Virus record (IMG/VR): IMGVR_UViG_3300045988_115476
DNA from: a virus
Length of the DNA stretch: 64,000 nt
Strand: one strand, 5' to 3'
Shown in pieces: positions 32,194 through 41,858 of this stretch. Every line of letters starts with the position of its first letter. The stretch's first letter is position 1. The notes beneath the pieces were generated by a model that searched no databases, was not told where the DNA came from, and saw nothing but the letters and a program-made list of their open reading frames with translations. Made by a program: the position numbers and the translations under genes.

Positions 32194-32762
32194 GAAAGAA
32201 GACGATTGAGATGATGGTGCATCAGCGTGACCGGATTTGCCAAATGTGCTATGATGGCAGATACGACCACCTTCCGAAGGAGGAGCGCGAAGCGAAAGTG
32301 GGCGCAATCCTCCAGCGTGCGGGCGACCTGGTAAACAAATATAGCAACCTTCTGTTTGATAACCTGGCGATCAACCTTGGTGATGCCAGCCATGAGGCAA
32401 TTACCTTTGTCGTGTGCAACTATCACGCCAGTAGGGAGGAGTACATGAAGCGCAATGGCTGCCGCCAGGAGTATGTGGCTGTGCTGGTAGTCCGCCACCA
32501 TCCGAAGAAGGTCTTACAATGTGGCCGTATGCGCCATAGTGAGGCAATAGCCTGGGGAGCGGGTGCTTCTACCATGGCGAGCACGCAATACACAAAAGCG
32601 TCCATCGTGATCTACATTAAAGACGGATCACTCGGGTTTAGCTTTGTGGCCGACTTCGAGCATCAGATTGGGGACTGGGCGCCCAAATATGTCACAAGCG
32701 CCCAAATGGAAAGTATTATCAAGGCCACCACCAAGGCTGAGGAAAAATCCACAAAAAAATAA
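32190..32762 (+). CDS. Hypothetical protein
   Basis: 190 aa overlapping previous stop (ATGA). Confidence 0.5.
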   Translation: MRKKTIEMMVHQRDRICQMCYDGRYDHLPKEEREAKVGAILQRAGDLVNKYSNLLFDNLAINLGDASHEAITFVVCNYHASREEYMKRNGCRQEYVAVLVVRHHPKKVLQCGRMRHSEAIAWGAGASTMASTQYTKASIVIYIKDGSLGFSFVADFEHQIGDWAPKYVTSAQMESIIKATTKAEEKSTKK

Positions 32763-32777
32763 ACGATTCCTGGAGAT

Positions 32778-32969
32778 ATGAGTATGAATAAGAATGAATT
32801 TAATTCTGTCTTAGAAGAACAGTCCTTTAACCTTGTCGAAATAATGGGCGCCCTTAACGGGCTGTTGGTCGCCGAAGGCGTGACCAGTTTCGAGCAGGAT
32901 GCCATAAGTAATTTGCGTGACCAGATATTGCAGGCGGATGACGCGATCGAAACATTGTACCGAGAGTGA
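32778..32969 (+). CDS. Hypothetical small acidic protein
   Basis: 63 aa. Confidence 0.4.
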   Translation: MSMNKNEFNSVLEEQSFNLVEIMGALNGLLVAEGVTSFEQDAISNLRDQILQADDAIETLYRE

Positions 32970-33032
32970 ATTATTTTTCCCAAATGTGGCAATATGTGTT
33001 GCTAAACTACGTTATATCTATTATAGGAGGTT

Positions 33033-33902
33033 ATGAAAGTAATTATCTACAGTCGTGTTTCGACCGACAAACAAACGTTTGCTCAGCAGGAGCGGACGGT
33101 CAACGAATGGTTGTCTTGCCACGGCCTGACTGCCACCGACGAAGTGAGTGAGGCGGGTGTCAGCGGTAAGGTGTCGTACAAGTCGCGAAACCTTGGCCGC
33201 GTCGTCCTCCCCATGCTTGAACGTGGCGACATTCTCATCGTGTCTGAGGTGAGCCGTATTGGCCGTTCTATGTGCGATATTAACAAGTTCGTGAATGACG
33301 AGCTCAAACCAAGGGGCGTGCGCCTGGTGATCGTGCAAATGGGCCTTGATATAGATTGTGCCAACTTGAAGGCCATCGACGAGATGTTGCTGTTCTCCTT
33401 CTCCTTTGCGGCTCAGCTCGAAAGGGAATTGATTCAGGAGCGCACACAGTCGGCCATCGAGGTCTTGAAGCGGAAGCTAAAGGATGACGGCCAGTTTGTG
33501 TCGAAGAAAGGCCGGGTGTGTCACGCCCTTGGGCGCCCGAAGGAGACTGACACCACGGTGGCCACTACAGAATCGGCCATCAATCGGAAGGAGGAGGCCC
33601 GCCAAAAGCCCTACAATAAGGCCATCTGGCAGGTGTTGAAGGCATGTACGGAGAATTTCTCGGTCCTGGGATCTGACCGGTTTGACAAAGGGGTAGAGAT
33701 ACTCAACGGTATGGGCGTGAAGTCGGCCACGGGCAAGGAGTTTTCCCGTGCCAGGCTTCGTAGTGCTTACTATAACCTTCGGTCAGTATTCACGGACTAT
33801 CGGCCCATCAGGAAGGATAGCGCCGTCTATCGCAATATGATAGAGCAGGGCGAGGATTCGCGTACTGGTTGGCGTGAATATAGGCAAGAAAATGGGATTT
33901 AG
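33033..33902 (+). CDS. Serine recombinase (resolvase/invertase family)
   Basis: VIIYSRVSTDKQT..., VSEVSRIGRSMCDI, FSFAAQLERELIQERTQ. Confidence 0.9.
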   Translation: MKVIIYSRVSTDKQTFAQQERTVNEWLSCHGLTATDEVSEAGVSGKVSYKSRNLGRVVLPMLERGDILIVSEVSRIGRSMCDINKFVNDELKPRGVRLVIVQMGLDIDCANLKAIDEMLLFSFSFAAQLERELIQERTQSAIEVLKRKLKDDGQFVSKKGRVCHALGRPKETDTTVATTESAINRKEEARQKPYNKAIWQVLKACTENFSVLGSDRFDKGVEILNGMGVKSATGKEFSRARLRSAYYNLRSVFTDYRPIRKDSAVYRNMIEQGEDSRTGWREYRQENGI

Positions 33903-33936
33903 AATCAATAAATATCACTCGGAAATATAAAGCAAT

Positions 33937-34311
33937 ATGGCAAAAGTAGTTCCTATAAACAAGAAAGAGAGGAAACTTTGGAAAAAATGGGAAAGACAAG
34001 GTTTCTCAGAACGGCAACGGAGGAGTTTCTTGAACCAAGAGAGACGGTTTCAACGAAAGATGGAAGAACGCAAAGCTCGCCTGCCGGAGCTTTATAAACA
34101 GGGAAAGGCGAGTGCAGAAGAGCTTCTGCTATATTACGAGGAGACAGACCCAAAGACGCAAAGGGCGAACGACATATTTGTTGCGTGCATTCTTGCCATA
34201 CCCGTCCTCCTCATTGTCCTGGTGGTCTTCTTCTTTGTCAGTCAGCCCATGATATTGATGTGTATCTGCTGGGCAATAGGCATGTTGCTGGCAATGGCCT
34301 TCGGACGATGA
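33937..34311 (+). CDS. Small membrane protein
   Basis: Charged N-terminus then hydrophobic IFVACILAIPVLLIVLVVFFFV helix. Confidence 0.6.
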   Translation: MAKVVPINKKERKLWKKWERQGFSERQRRSFLNQERRFQRKMEERKARLPELYKQGKASAEELLLYYEETDPKTQRANDIFVACILAIPVLLIVLVVFFFVSQPMILMCICWAIGMLLAMAFGR

Positions 34312-34369
34312 ATCCCCCACACATTTTGCAGAATCAATCAATCTAACCATATAAGTTAAGTCAGTATAT

Positions 34370-34639
34370 ATGAAGAAGTTTGGAGTTTATTACAAGACGA
34401 ATGTAGAGAGTTTCATGATTGCAGAGTTTGATACCCTGGCCGAGGCCAAGGAGTATTGCACGAATGAGACCAAGGGCTGCATCCCGGTGTCTGAGGATGA
34501 TACCCGCGTTGACAATCACAATATCAGCTTTTATTACGAGGTCTATGATGGTGACCCCCTGGTCAGGGACGAGGACGGGGATGTGACCGGGCTAAAGGAT
34601 CCCGTCTATGAGACGGACACATTCTATAGCGAAGACTAA
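34370..34639 (+). CDS. Hypothetical protein
   Basis: 89 aa acidic. Confidence 0.5.
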   Translation: MKKFGVYYKTNVESFMIAEFDTLAEAKEYCTNETKGCIPVSEDDTRVDNHNISFYYEVYDGDPLVRDEDGDVTGLKDPVYETDTFYSED

Positions 34640-34721
34640 TCCACACATGAATTAGCAGGGGAAACAAATCCGTTCCCTTTGCCGCTATTGATAGTTCAAT
34701 CATCAAATATATTTCAGAGTT

Positions 34722-35084
34722 ATGAAGAAAGTAATATTTGGAGAGTTAGAGAAAATAGTCGGTGAGTACGGACACATGACTGTTTTCGTGCATGAAGAAA
34801 CCCACACGCTATCAAGCTTTTTTGCCGAGGTTAACGAGAAGTCTATGGGTATTTCTTTCTGGTTAGCTCCTGAGATAACCATTTACACCTTGGCGGAAGT
34901 GCCCGAGATAGCGTCCGCTATGGAGGAGCTTGTGTTTAGCCGCAAACCCCACAACTATGTGGAGGATGAAGACTACGAGCAAATGAAAAAGGACTTTGCG
35001 GAGAGGCGAGGCACGGTTGCCTATGCAAAAGGTCCGTTCTTCACGACTTACATGCTCCTTAGTCTGGGTGATTCAAACGCATAG
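34722..35084 (+). CDS. Hypothetical protein
   Basis: 120 aa. Confidence 0.5.
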   Translation: MKKVIFGELEKIVGEYGHMTVFVHEETHTLSSFFAEVNEKSMGISFWLAPEITIYTLAEVPEIASAMEELVFSRKPHNYVEDEDYEQMKKDFAERRGTVAYAKGPFFTTYMLLSLGDSNA

Positions 35085-35288
35085 CAGTAACCGCATTCTC
35101 TTTTCCAAAATCAAGAATAGAAATCTGAAAAGGAATAGAGAAAAGGAATAGAGAAAAGCGAAGTAATTGATTATTAAAAGATTACTCGTTTCCATAGTCA
35201 AGAATAGAATCCTGAAATGGAATTGAGAATCTGAATAGAGACTATGATAATTCATTCATTAAATAACAACCAATCAAAAACTAAAGTT

Positions 35289-35807
35289 ATGAAGAAATTT
35301 TTATCGGTAATGGCAATTATGTTTGCCGTGGTTTTGCAAACAAATGCACAGACAACAAACAATGTTCACAACGGAACTAATTACTCTGTAACAATCGAAG
35401 AGGTCGTTCCTGTAAAGGGTATGGATGCAAAACAGATGTACAATAACGCTTTATTGTGGGTAAACAACACTTTCTCTTCTCCTAAATCTGTAATTCAATC
35501 AAGAGAGGAAAGCCTTGGCTTAATAACAATCCATTTGTGTACACAAAATAAGTCTGGTTCTTGGTTGGAAGCTACATTAAAGTTGCAGTTCAAAGATGGC
35601 AGATATAAATATACGTATGATAACATTTGGTTAAAATGGGATTCAGATTTTAAGTCTCTTGGTGCTGAAGATGAACCTTATGGCAAATGGATAACCCATA
35701 TTACCGATAACGCAAAAGCGAATTGGAAGTCTGATTTGTTGGATTATTTGCGTCCGTATATTATGAGTATGAAAAACGGGATAATATCAACAAACAATGA
35801 TTGGTAG
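35289..35807 (+). CDS. Exported DUF4468-like protein
   Basis: Signal peptide MKKFLSVMAIMFAVVLQTNAQ followed by a mature domain with FSSPKSVIQSREESLGLI pattern. Confidence 0.55.
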   Translation: MKKFLSVMAIMFAVVLQTNAQTTNNVHNGTNYSVTIEEVVPVKGMDAKQMYNNALLWVNNTFSSPKSVIQSREESLGLITIHLCTQNKSGSWLEATLKLQFKDGRYKYTYDNIWLKWDSDFKSLGAEDEPYGKWITHITDNAKANWKSDLLDYLRPYIMSMKNGIISTNNDW

Positions 35808-36139
35808 TATTTACGGCTGGCTCACATGGTTGTGGGCCAGCTTTTTTTGTGTCAACCAAAATATATGATCAATAATTGTCAAAAGTTAAAGTCTGGTCAA
35901 AATCCGCTTGGTTACACGAATGGAAGAAAAGCAGTAGCCGATCACGTTGAAAGGGGGGATGTAACGAAACGTGACACCCCTATCCCGAGCCAACATGGGG
36001 TGTTAGTGAATCAGTCCGTGACCTATATCACAGAGAGCGGTGTTTATGCCCTAATCTTTGGCAGTAAGCAGGTTGTGTCGTAGAGTGTTAAAGTAACGTT
36101 AAATCCTGCAATCTCATATTTCGTTTGGAAGAATTATCT

Positions 36140-36364
36140 TATCTTTGCATTGTCAACAAGATAATGGTAAGCCATTCCGTCCGAGCAGCGGTCTTTGCTC
36201 ATTCGTTATGTGTGAGTATTTTGTACCCACACACGACCAAATACGGTCGCCTATACGTAAGATAAAAACGAAGCTCTTTCGGAGTGGACTACCATCTTGT
36301 TGACAGCGTATATGGCGACCGCTTTTTGTTTGCCTATAATTCTTCTAATTAGTCAACAAGATGG
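36140..36364 (+). promoter_or_regulatory. Structured leader of the antirepressor gene with alternative base-pairing arms
   Basis: TATCTTTG promoter at 36140; arms a 36151-36169, b 36244-36257, a' 36290-36305, b' 36307-36321, a'' 36352-36364 (includes start codon). Confidence 0.6.
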
Positions 36365-37158
36365 AAGAAATTAGAGTTATTAGTAAATCAACCTTTTTGG
36401 GTAGGGAGATTGATGTGTACGGAACGGCTTATGAACCTTTGTTCAAAGCGAAAGATGTTGCAGAATGGATAGAACTATCCAACGTCTCTGACATGGTAAA
36501 CCGGATAGACTGCGAAGAGGTGACTAAGTTCAACTTAGGCGGCTTACAGGGCGAGACGTGGTTTCTAACCGAGGACGGTTTGTACGAAGTACTGATGCAA
36601 AGCCGCAAGCCAATTGCCAAGCAATTCAAGAAAGGAGTGAAAACTATCCTAAGGCAAATCCGCAAGACGGGCCAGTACAATGCTTTCCAGCAGCCACAGG
36701 CAAGCCTCAACGAACGAATGAGCGCGAGCTTAACGTTCGCCGACTGGAGCGCAAAGTTCCTCAACCTGAACGATGCAAGCAAGCAGGGTATGGCAAAGCG
36801 TATTGGCAAAATGGTGGGCCTTGAAGACACCTTTCCAATGGCCGTGAATGCGGGCACGGAGAAGCCCGTGACGCACGCCTCCCGCGATCTTCTTCTTTCT
36901 CATGGTGTGGGAATATCCACACAGGCTTTCAACAAGGTTTTGGAGATAAAGGGAATTGTCAAACAGGCCACACGCCCTGGACGTGGCGGGAAAGTGCATA
37001 AATGGATGGTATTGCAGCCCGCATTTGACAAGTACGGACAAAACCAACAGCATCCCAACTACCAGCAGCAGACGCAGATACGATGGTATGATGCTACTTT
37101 TGCCGAGTTGCTTACCATTGTCGGCCTCAACAAACAAACGTCGCTCTCCATTCAATAG
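36361..37158 (+). CDS. Bro/KilA-type phage antirepressor
   Basis: REIDVYGTAYEPLFKAKDVAEWIELSNVSDMVNRID...EVLMQSRKPIAKQFKKGVKTILRQIRKTG. Confidence 0.85.
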   Translation: MEEIRVISKSTFLGREIDVYGTAYEPLFKAKDVAEWIELSNVSDMVNRIDCEEVTKFNLGGLQGETWFLTEDGLYEVLMQSRKPIAKQFKKGVKTILRQIRKTGQYNAFQQPQASLNERMSASLTFADWSAKFLNLNDASKQGMAKRIGKMVGLEDTFPMAVNAGTEKPVTHASRDLLLSHGVGISTQAFNKVLEIKGIVKQATRPGRGGKVHKWMVLQPAFDKYGQNQQHPNYQQQTQIRWYDATFAELLTIVGLNKQTSLSIQ

Positions 37159-37222
37159 TGTGCGCGATAACACAAAAATGAAACGGAGGAAATCAATTTT
37201 TACATATCAATTATAATAAACA

Positions 37223-37525
37223 ATGGAAAAAACCGTTATGAATGAGAGTGCAAAGAACAGAGTGTTGAACCCGAAGCTGGCCAAGGTGCTTGTCAGCCTC
37301 CACGCCGTCTATAAGGACTTCACGGAAGAGACCGATCGGGCGCAGGGCGAATACGGCGTCCACCTAAGCAGCCGGGTAGATGACTTTGTGGAGCACTACA
37401 ATGCCATGTGCGACGACATAACCGACGCTATGGGCAAGATCATGGCCGTGGAGGTCAATAGCATAGAAGAGGACGACGAGAGCGGTCGCCAGGAAGAGGA
37501 GGCCACTACTTCAAGCCTCGAATAG
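37223..37525 (+). CDS. Hypothetical small protein
   Basis: 100 aa. Confidence 0.5.
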   Translation: MEKTVMNESAKNRVLNPKLAKVLVSLHAVYKDFTEETDRAQGEYGVHLSSRVDDFVEHYNAMCDDITDAMGKIMAVEVNSIEEDDESGRQEEEATTSSLE

Positions 37526-37564
37526 AATAGGGAAAGAGTTTTTGATTATTATATAAATCCATTT

Positions 37565-37590
37565 CCTGCTGGTTCGTGAGAATAGGCAGG
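37565..37590 (+). repeat. GNRA-capped hairpin family, copy 1
   Basis: CCTGC-TGG-TTC-GTGA-GAA-TAG-GCAGG. Confidence 0.7.
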
Positions 37591-37847
37591 TTTTCCCTTC
37601 AAGCCAAGAAGACATAGAACCTCGGATGACCCAGGGAGGGAGGCGCGCGGGCAATGTGCTCCCGCCTCCTCTTCCTTTCCTTTGGACAGGATAAACTTTT
37701 CCCTTCAAACCAAAAAGAGATACAGGTTCTTGTAAAACCCGTGGGGGCGTGCGGGTCAGGTGTGCGTCCCCATCCTTTTTCCTTTGAACCGGACAAACTC
37801 AGATGCTTTTAGTACTGGTTAGTTTTTAGTTAATTGTGTTATTCCAT

Positions 37848-37875
37848 AACAAACCGTTCGCGAGAATAGTTAGTT
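37848..37875 (+). repeat. GNRA-capped hairpin family, copy 2
   Basis: AACAAA-CCG-TTC-GCGA-GAA-TAG-TTAGTT (one outer mismatch). Confidence 0.6.
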
Positions 37876-37907
37876 CTTTTGTTTATGGTTAATTAAAAGT
37901 GTTCAGA

Positions 37908-37933
37908 GTTGGTTGCCCGCGAGGGTAGCCAAC
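37908..37933 (+). repeat. GNRA-capped hairpin family, copy 3
   Basis: GTTGG-TTG-CCC-GCGA-GGG-TAG-CCAAC. Confidence 0.7.
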
Positions 37934-38031
37934 TTCTTTCAACGAGACTTCAACTGTTGCAGACCTACGACATACTCATAGTTAATACACATAGAAAGGT
38001 TTTGTTTTTTAGTTTCGAGTGAATATTTTGC

Positions 38032-38062
38032 GGGGATGGCCGTCCGTGAGGATAGCAGCCCC
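38032..38062 (+). repeat. GNRA-capped hairpin family, copy 4
   Basis: GGGGATG-GCCG-TCC-GTGA-GGA-TAG-CAGCCCC (one outer mismatch). Confidence 0.6.
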
Positions 38063-38165
38063 TTTCATTAGTCTTACGAATGATAATATTTGTACATCCC
38101 CAGCGGGGGGAATGCCATTATTCAATATAGTGTGGCTTTATTCACATTTTTGTGTGTCTTTTTTC

Positions 38166-38191
38166 CCCTGTCGTCCGTGAGGATAGCAGGG
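38166..38191 (+). repeat. GNRA-capped hairpin family, copy 5
   Basis: CCCTG-TCG-TCC-GTGA-GGA-TAG-CAGGG then TTTTT. Confidence 0.7.
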
Positions 38192-39286
38192 TTTTTCTTT
38201 TCCTTCAAACCTACCCTACACTTAGAATCATCTGTAATGATGAGGTGTTTGGCCGTACCGAGCCCGCAAGGGCGTACTGGATGGGAGAGGGCACGTTCCT
38301 TTCCCATCCGCTTTTTCTGACCGCCAGGCATCCCAAAATCATTCCTTCATGATATGGCAATCGTGCCAATATGGCCTCAACAATGGCCGTCGCCCTGCCC
38401 TTCCTGGCTCCCACCGATTCATGTAACTATGTGGACGGAAGACGGGATGGTGATAGGCGCAAAAAGTAACTATCCGTAAGTAGCACTTCGCCCAAAATCT
38501 GCAAGGCAAACCGTATTGCAACTGTTTCATAACTGTTGCAGAACCGTTTACAAGGCGTTTCAACACCTTTGTAAATAGTTGTGTTTTAGAAAGTTACAAG
38601 CCAATTACTGTTGCACAACTGTTTCAAACTGTTTGTAACTGTTTGCGAACCGTTTACGGGTGTGTTTTTGGGCAGGATTGCTTACAGACCAATAGTTAAG
38701 CAATATTGCCGATTTTGCGTTAATCTGTTAGTTTTCTCCCAGTTTCTTGGCGTGTAACCACCATGTAACTGCGGGGGAAGTCGAGGACTGATATACAAAC
38801 TTTAACACTTGTGTTATTATTGTACTTATAACTCGGGGCAACACCAAATATGTGCCGTAGTCTTAACTTTTGTTATTGTACTTATAAACGAAGCGTAACA
38901 CATTGAGCATCAAATATTTACGGCGTTTTTATTTGGAAGTTTGGTATCAAAACGCTTATCTTTGCACCGACAATTCTTTTCATTAAGTCCTGCTTGGGGT
39001 TGCGGCGGAGGAGATCACCCGCTGCTTCCCAAGGCCCTGCCAAGTGGATTTGGTGCATCCTTCGTGGAGGGTAGCGGGTTCGACTCCCGCCAGAGCCGCC
39101 AGGACAAAGTGAGAGAATAACTTGGAAGTCGCGCTCCATGTCTCAAATAGGATTAAGTCCATCTTTATAGGTAACACTATATATGCCCCTATCCTGAGTT
39201 CGTTGTGCGCGACACGAGCAAAGGATGGGGGATTTTCGTCCCATGAATTTAGGATGTATTTTCCAGTAACTAAGTTATGCATTTTT

Positions 39287-39312
39287 CCTGCTGGTTCGTG
39301 AGAATAGGCGGG
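39287..39312 (+). repeat. GNRA-capped hairpin family, copy 6
   Basis: CCTGC-TGG-TTC-GTGA-GAA-TAG-GCGGG then TTTTT. Confidence 0.7.
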
Positions 39313-39353
39313 TTTTTCAAAAGAATACAACATTAAACAAAATATAGAACGAA

Positions 39354-40253
39354 ATGAAAAGAATGACAAGAAAAGAAGCTGCCGAGTATCTCGGCGTTTC
39401 AATCAGCACTATCTCCAACTACATGGCAGAGGGTGTTCTTGGTGGTTTCAAGGATCACAAAAACCTCATCTATGTGAATGCTGAGGACGTGGAGAAGTAT
39501 GCAAAGCAATACCGCATGATTCCTGCCAGCGAGAAACTGCTCCAGGAGAAGCTTGATGAGTTGGAACGGTTGCGCAATGAGGCAAAAGAAGAGATTGCCG
39601 AGTTGCGGAAAGGATTCCTTGGCCCTACTTTGTCTCGTTTCAATCATCCAGCCATAGGATGGGCCATTATGGCCTTGAACAGGATTGTAGGAGACGTCCA
39701 TATTCCGCGTAGAGAAGAAAGTGTGTTGCTTAGAGTGTTCGTAGGTGAAGATTTGGTCGATATTGCCGAAGAAAAAGGCGTGACGATAGAACGCATACGG
39801 CAGATAACAATCAGCGCCTGCCGACACCTCTGCGACAAAGAGCAAGAGTTAATGAAAGACTTAAAGAGCAATGCCAGGCTATTGAAGGAGAATGAGGCCC
39901 TTTGCCATGATGTAATCGTTCTCCAAGAATTTATCAAAAACATACCCGGCGTAAAATTTGAACGGGAGCTCCTTACGCCTCCTGCCTTGTTCTACAAGAA
40001 AATATCTAATTGTGGATTCAGCGTCCGAGTAACAAATAGTCTGACCTTCGGAGGTATTGAGACCGTAGGCGACATGATAACGAAATTCAACAGCTTTCAG
40101 CACATGTTGGACATGAGTGGTCTTGGCCGGGTAAACCTCCGTGAGATTGAAGCCTTCATGAAGGAGAACCATCTGGTGTTCCGAAGAAAAAACGAAGGCT
40201 ACAAGGAGTACTTTGCCCGATTGACCAAATACGGAAAGTATAAGAAATGCTGA
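39354..40253 (+). CDS. Excisionase/MerR-like HTH domain protein with sigma-like C-terminal region
   Basis: MTRKEAAEYLGVSISTISNYMAEGVLGGFKDHKNLIYVNAEDVEKYA. Confidence 0.6.
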   Translation: MKRMTRKEAAEYLGVSISTISNYMAEGVLGGFKDHKNLIYVNAEDVEKYAKQYRMIPASEKLLQEKLDELERLRNEAKEEIAELRKGFLGPTLSRFNHPAIGWAIMALNRIVGDVHIPRREESVLLRVFVGEDLVDIAEEKGVTIERIRQITISACRHLCDKEQELMKDLKSNARLLKENEALCHDVIVLQEFIKNIPGVKFERELLTPPALFYKKISNCGFSVRVTNSLTFGGIETVGDMITKFNSFQHMLDMSGLGRVNLREIEAFMKENHLVFRRKNEGYKEYFARLTKYGKYKKC

Positions 40254-40296
40254 TAGAGACTATTTGAAATGGTTCAACTGAACAGACGACAATAAC

Positions 40297-40998
40297 ATGA
40301 TAGAGCTTAACAAAATATACAACGAAGATTGCCTGAATGGAATGAAAAAGATTCCAGATTCGAGTGTTTCGTTAGTAGTGACAGACCCTCCGTATTTGTT
40401 AGACAATATCGGGGGTGGTATTTATTCGCAAGACGACAAGCGTTATGCAAAAGAGCTCGAAGATATAAAAAGTGGATTCGACCTAAAGGTTTTAGATGAA
40501 TGTTGCAGGGTTTTAAAGAAGATAAATATATACTTGTGGTGCAGTCAAAAACAAATACCGATTTACTTAGATTACTTTGTACGAGGTAAAGGCTGTTACT
40601 GGAATTTGCTTACATGGCACAAGACAAATCCCGTTCCTGCGTGTGGAAACAAATACGTTAGCGACACCGAGTATTGTTTGTTCTTTAGAGAAAAAGGCGT
40701 ACCGATATACGGGAACGTTCATACTAAAGGGACATTCTTCGTTACGCCCCTAAATACTACCGACAAGAAAACTTGGGGGCACCCAACAATAAAGCCTTTG
40801 CGGTTCTTTGAAAACCATATCATCAATTCAAGTCAAGAAGGCGACATAGTTCTCGACCCATTTATGGGTAGCGGAACCACCGCCATAGCGGCCATCCGCG
40901 AGAAACGCAACTTTATCGGCTTTGAACTCAACAACGAGTATTACGACAAGGCTTGCAAGCGCATCCGCTTGGAAATGGCGCAACAGACATTGTTTTGA
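40297..40998 (+). CDS. DNA methyltransferase (N6-adenine/N4-cytosine type)
   Basis: LVVTDPPYLLDN and DPFMGSGTTAIAAIREKRNFIGFELN motifs, HPTIKP. Confidence 0.92.
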   Translation: MIELNKIYNEDCLNGMKKIPDSSVSLVVTDPPYLLDNIGGGIYSQDDKRYAKELEDIKSGFDLKVLDECCRVLKKINIYLWCSQKQIPIYLDYFVRGKGCYWNLLTWHKTNPVPACGNKYVSDTEYCLFFREKGVPIYGNVHTKGTFFVTPLNTTDKKTWGHPTIKPLRFFENHIINSSQEGDIVLDPFMGSGTTAIAAIREKRNFIGFELNNEYYDKACKRIRLEMAQQTLF

Positions 40999-41249
40999 TT
41001 AACAAACAGTAGTAACTAATATGAAACGCAAGGCAGAAGGTGTTAAGGCGGATCCAGCCCAACTTGTTCATTTGATACGAAAGGCGGGCCATTATAAACA
41101 ACGAAACAACATAAGACAATGAAAGTAAGATTAGCAAAGAAACTTGCGCTCAGGCCGATGTGCAAACTGTCAACACGATGGATCATGCGGTACTTCAACA
41201 ATGACGCGAGGTTTAACAAAGCGTTTAGGATGATTAAGCGAAAGCGCAA

Positions 41250-41381
41250 ATGACCAATATAAGCGTATCTGTGCATCCAATAAGTCACCATGTGGAATGG
41301 AGTGGATGGGTGGCAGTCTCTCCTGCCCTTCGTGCCACGGACTACAAGTGTCCTCATTGTGTGTTGATAGAGTATGAGTAG
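41250..41381 (+). CDS. C5-MTase TRD-like mini-ORF A (43 aa)
   Basis: MTNISVSVHPISHHVEWSGWVAVSPALRATDYKCPHCVLIEYE*; ends GAGTATGAGTAG embedding next ATG. Confidence 0.55.
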   Translation: MTNISVSVHPISHHVEWSGWVAVSPALRATDYKCPHCVLIEYE

Positions 41382-41511
41382 CGACAAAACATACCACCAC
41401 GCCAAGAAGGTTATGTGTGTGGTGGGGGGGGGTATATACGAGTGTGTCCGCAAAGTTCAATCGTGGAAGCCTTGTGGGACTAAGCCGATGCCTAAAATCT
41501 ACTACGAATGA
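41374..41511 (+). CDS. C5-MTase TRD-like mini-ORF B, out of phase at a G9 tract
   Basis: MSSDKTYHHAKKVMCVVGGGIYECV...*; after the G9 tract (41424-41432) the other frame reads VYTSVSAKFNRGSLVGLSRCLKSTTNDAGIMIEYE* to 41539. Confidence 0.5.
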   Translation: MSSDKTYHHAKKVMCVVGGGIYECVRKVQSWKPCGTKPMPKIYYE

Positions 41512-41531
41512 TGCGGGGATAATGATTGAGT

Positions 41532-41858
41532 ATGAGTAAAGACGATAGTATCATATATAAGCGTGGAACTATCCGCAAGGATGGAAAGCTGTATGGCCGC
41601 TATCCCGACGGTTCGCTCTATCGCATCTACTCTACCAGCGACCGGCCCTTCCTTCAGCTGGTGGACATTGGAGGGGAGACATTTCTTCGCATACGCCAAG
41701 CCACCGAACAAGGATACACCGACTGTCCCTGTCCTGGAGCCGCCGACCTCAGCTATCCGTCCTCGGCTTTGAGGCGCAGTCGCACAGTCGGCGGGGGTAA
41801 GATCACGAACACTCTGACCGCTGCAAGTGGCGGAATCTGCGTGTTTGTTGAATTATAA
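41532..41858 (+). CDS. C5-MTase TRD-like mini-ORF C (108 aa)
   Basis: ..FLRIRQATEQGYTDCPCPGAADLSYPSSALRRSRTVGGGKITNTLTAASGGICVFVEL*. Confidence 0.6.
   Translation: MSKDDSIIYKRGTIRKDGKLYGRYPDGSLYRIYSTSDRPFLQLVDIGGETFLRIRQATEQGYTDCPCPGAADLSYPSSALRRSRTVGGGKITNTLTAASGGICVFVEL

Noticed and set aside
39004-39100. tRNA gene at 39.0-39.1 kb (GGCGG..GCGGGTTCGACTCCCGC..CCGCC)
   Set aside because: 97-nt span with no consistent D or anticodon arms; antisense ORFs here (..AGVEPATLHEG.., ..GGSGGSRTRYPP..) are the usual spurious translation of tRNA-like sequence.
37500-39300. CRISPR array
   Set aside because: Hairpin repeats are irregularly spaced and variable in sequence, with no uniform repeat-spacer structure and no cas genes.
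38983-39402. 139 aa minus ORF and the overlapping 38918-39139 ORF
   Set aside because: Overlap repeats and tRNA-like sequence; no coding signature.
41043-41460. Minus-strand ORFs 41043-41453 and 41170-41460
   Set aside because: Antisense to the mini-ORFs; used only to confirm the G9 tract length.
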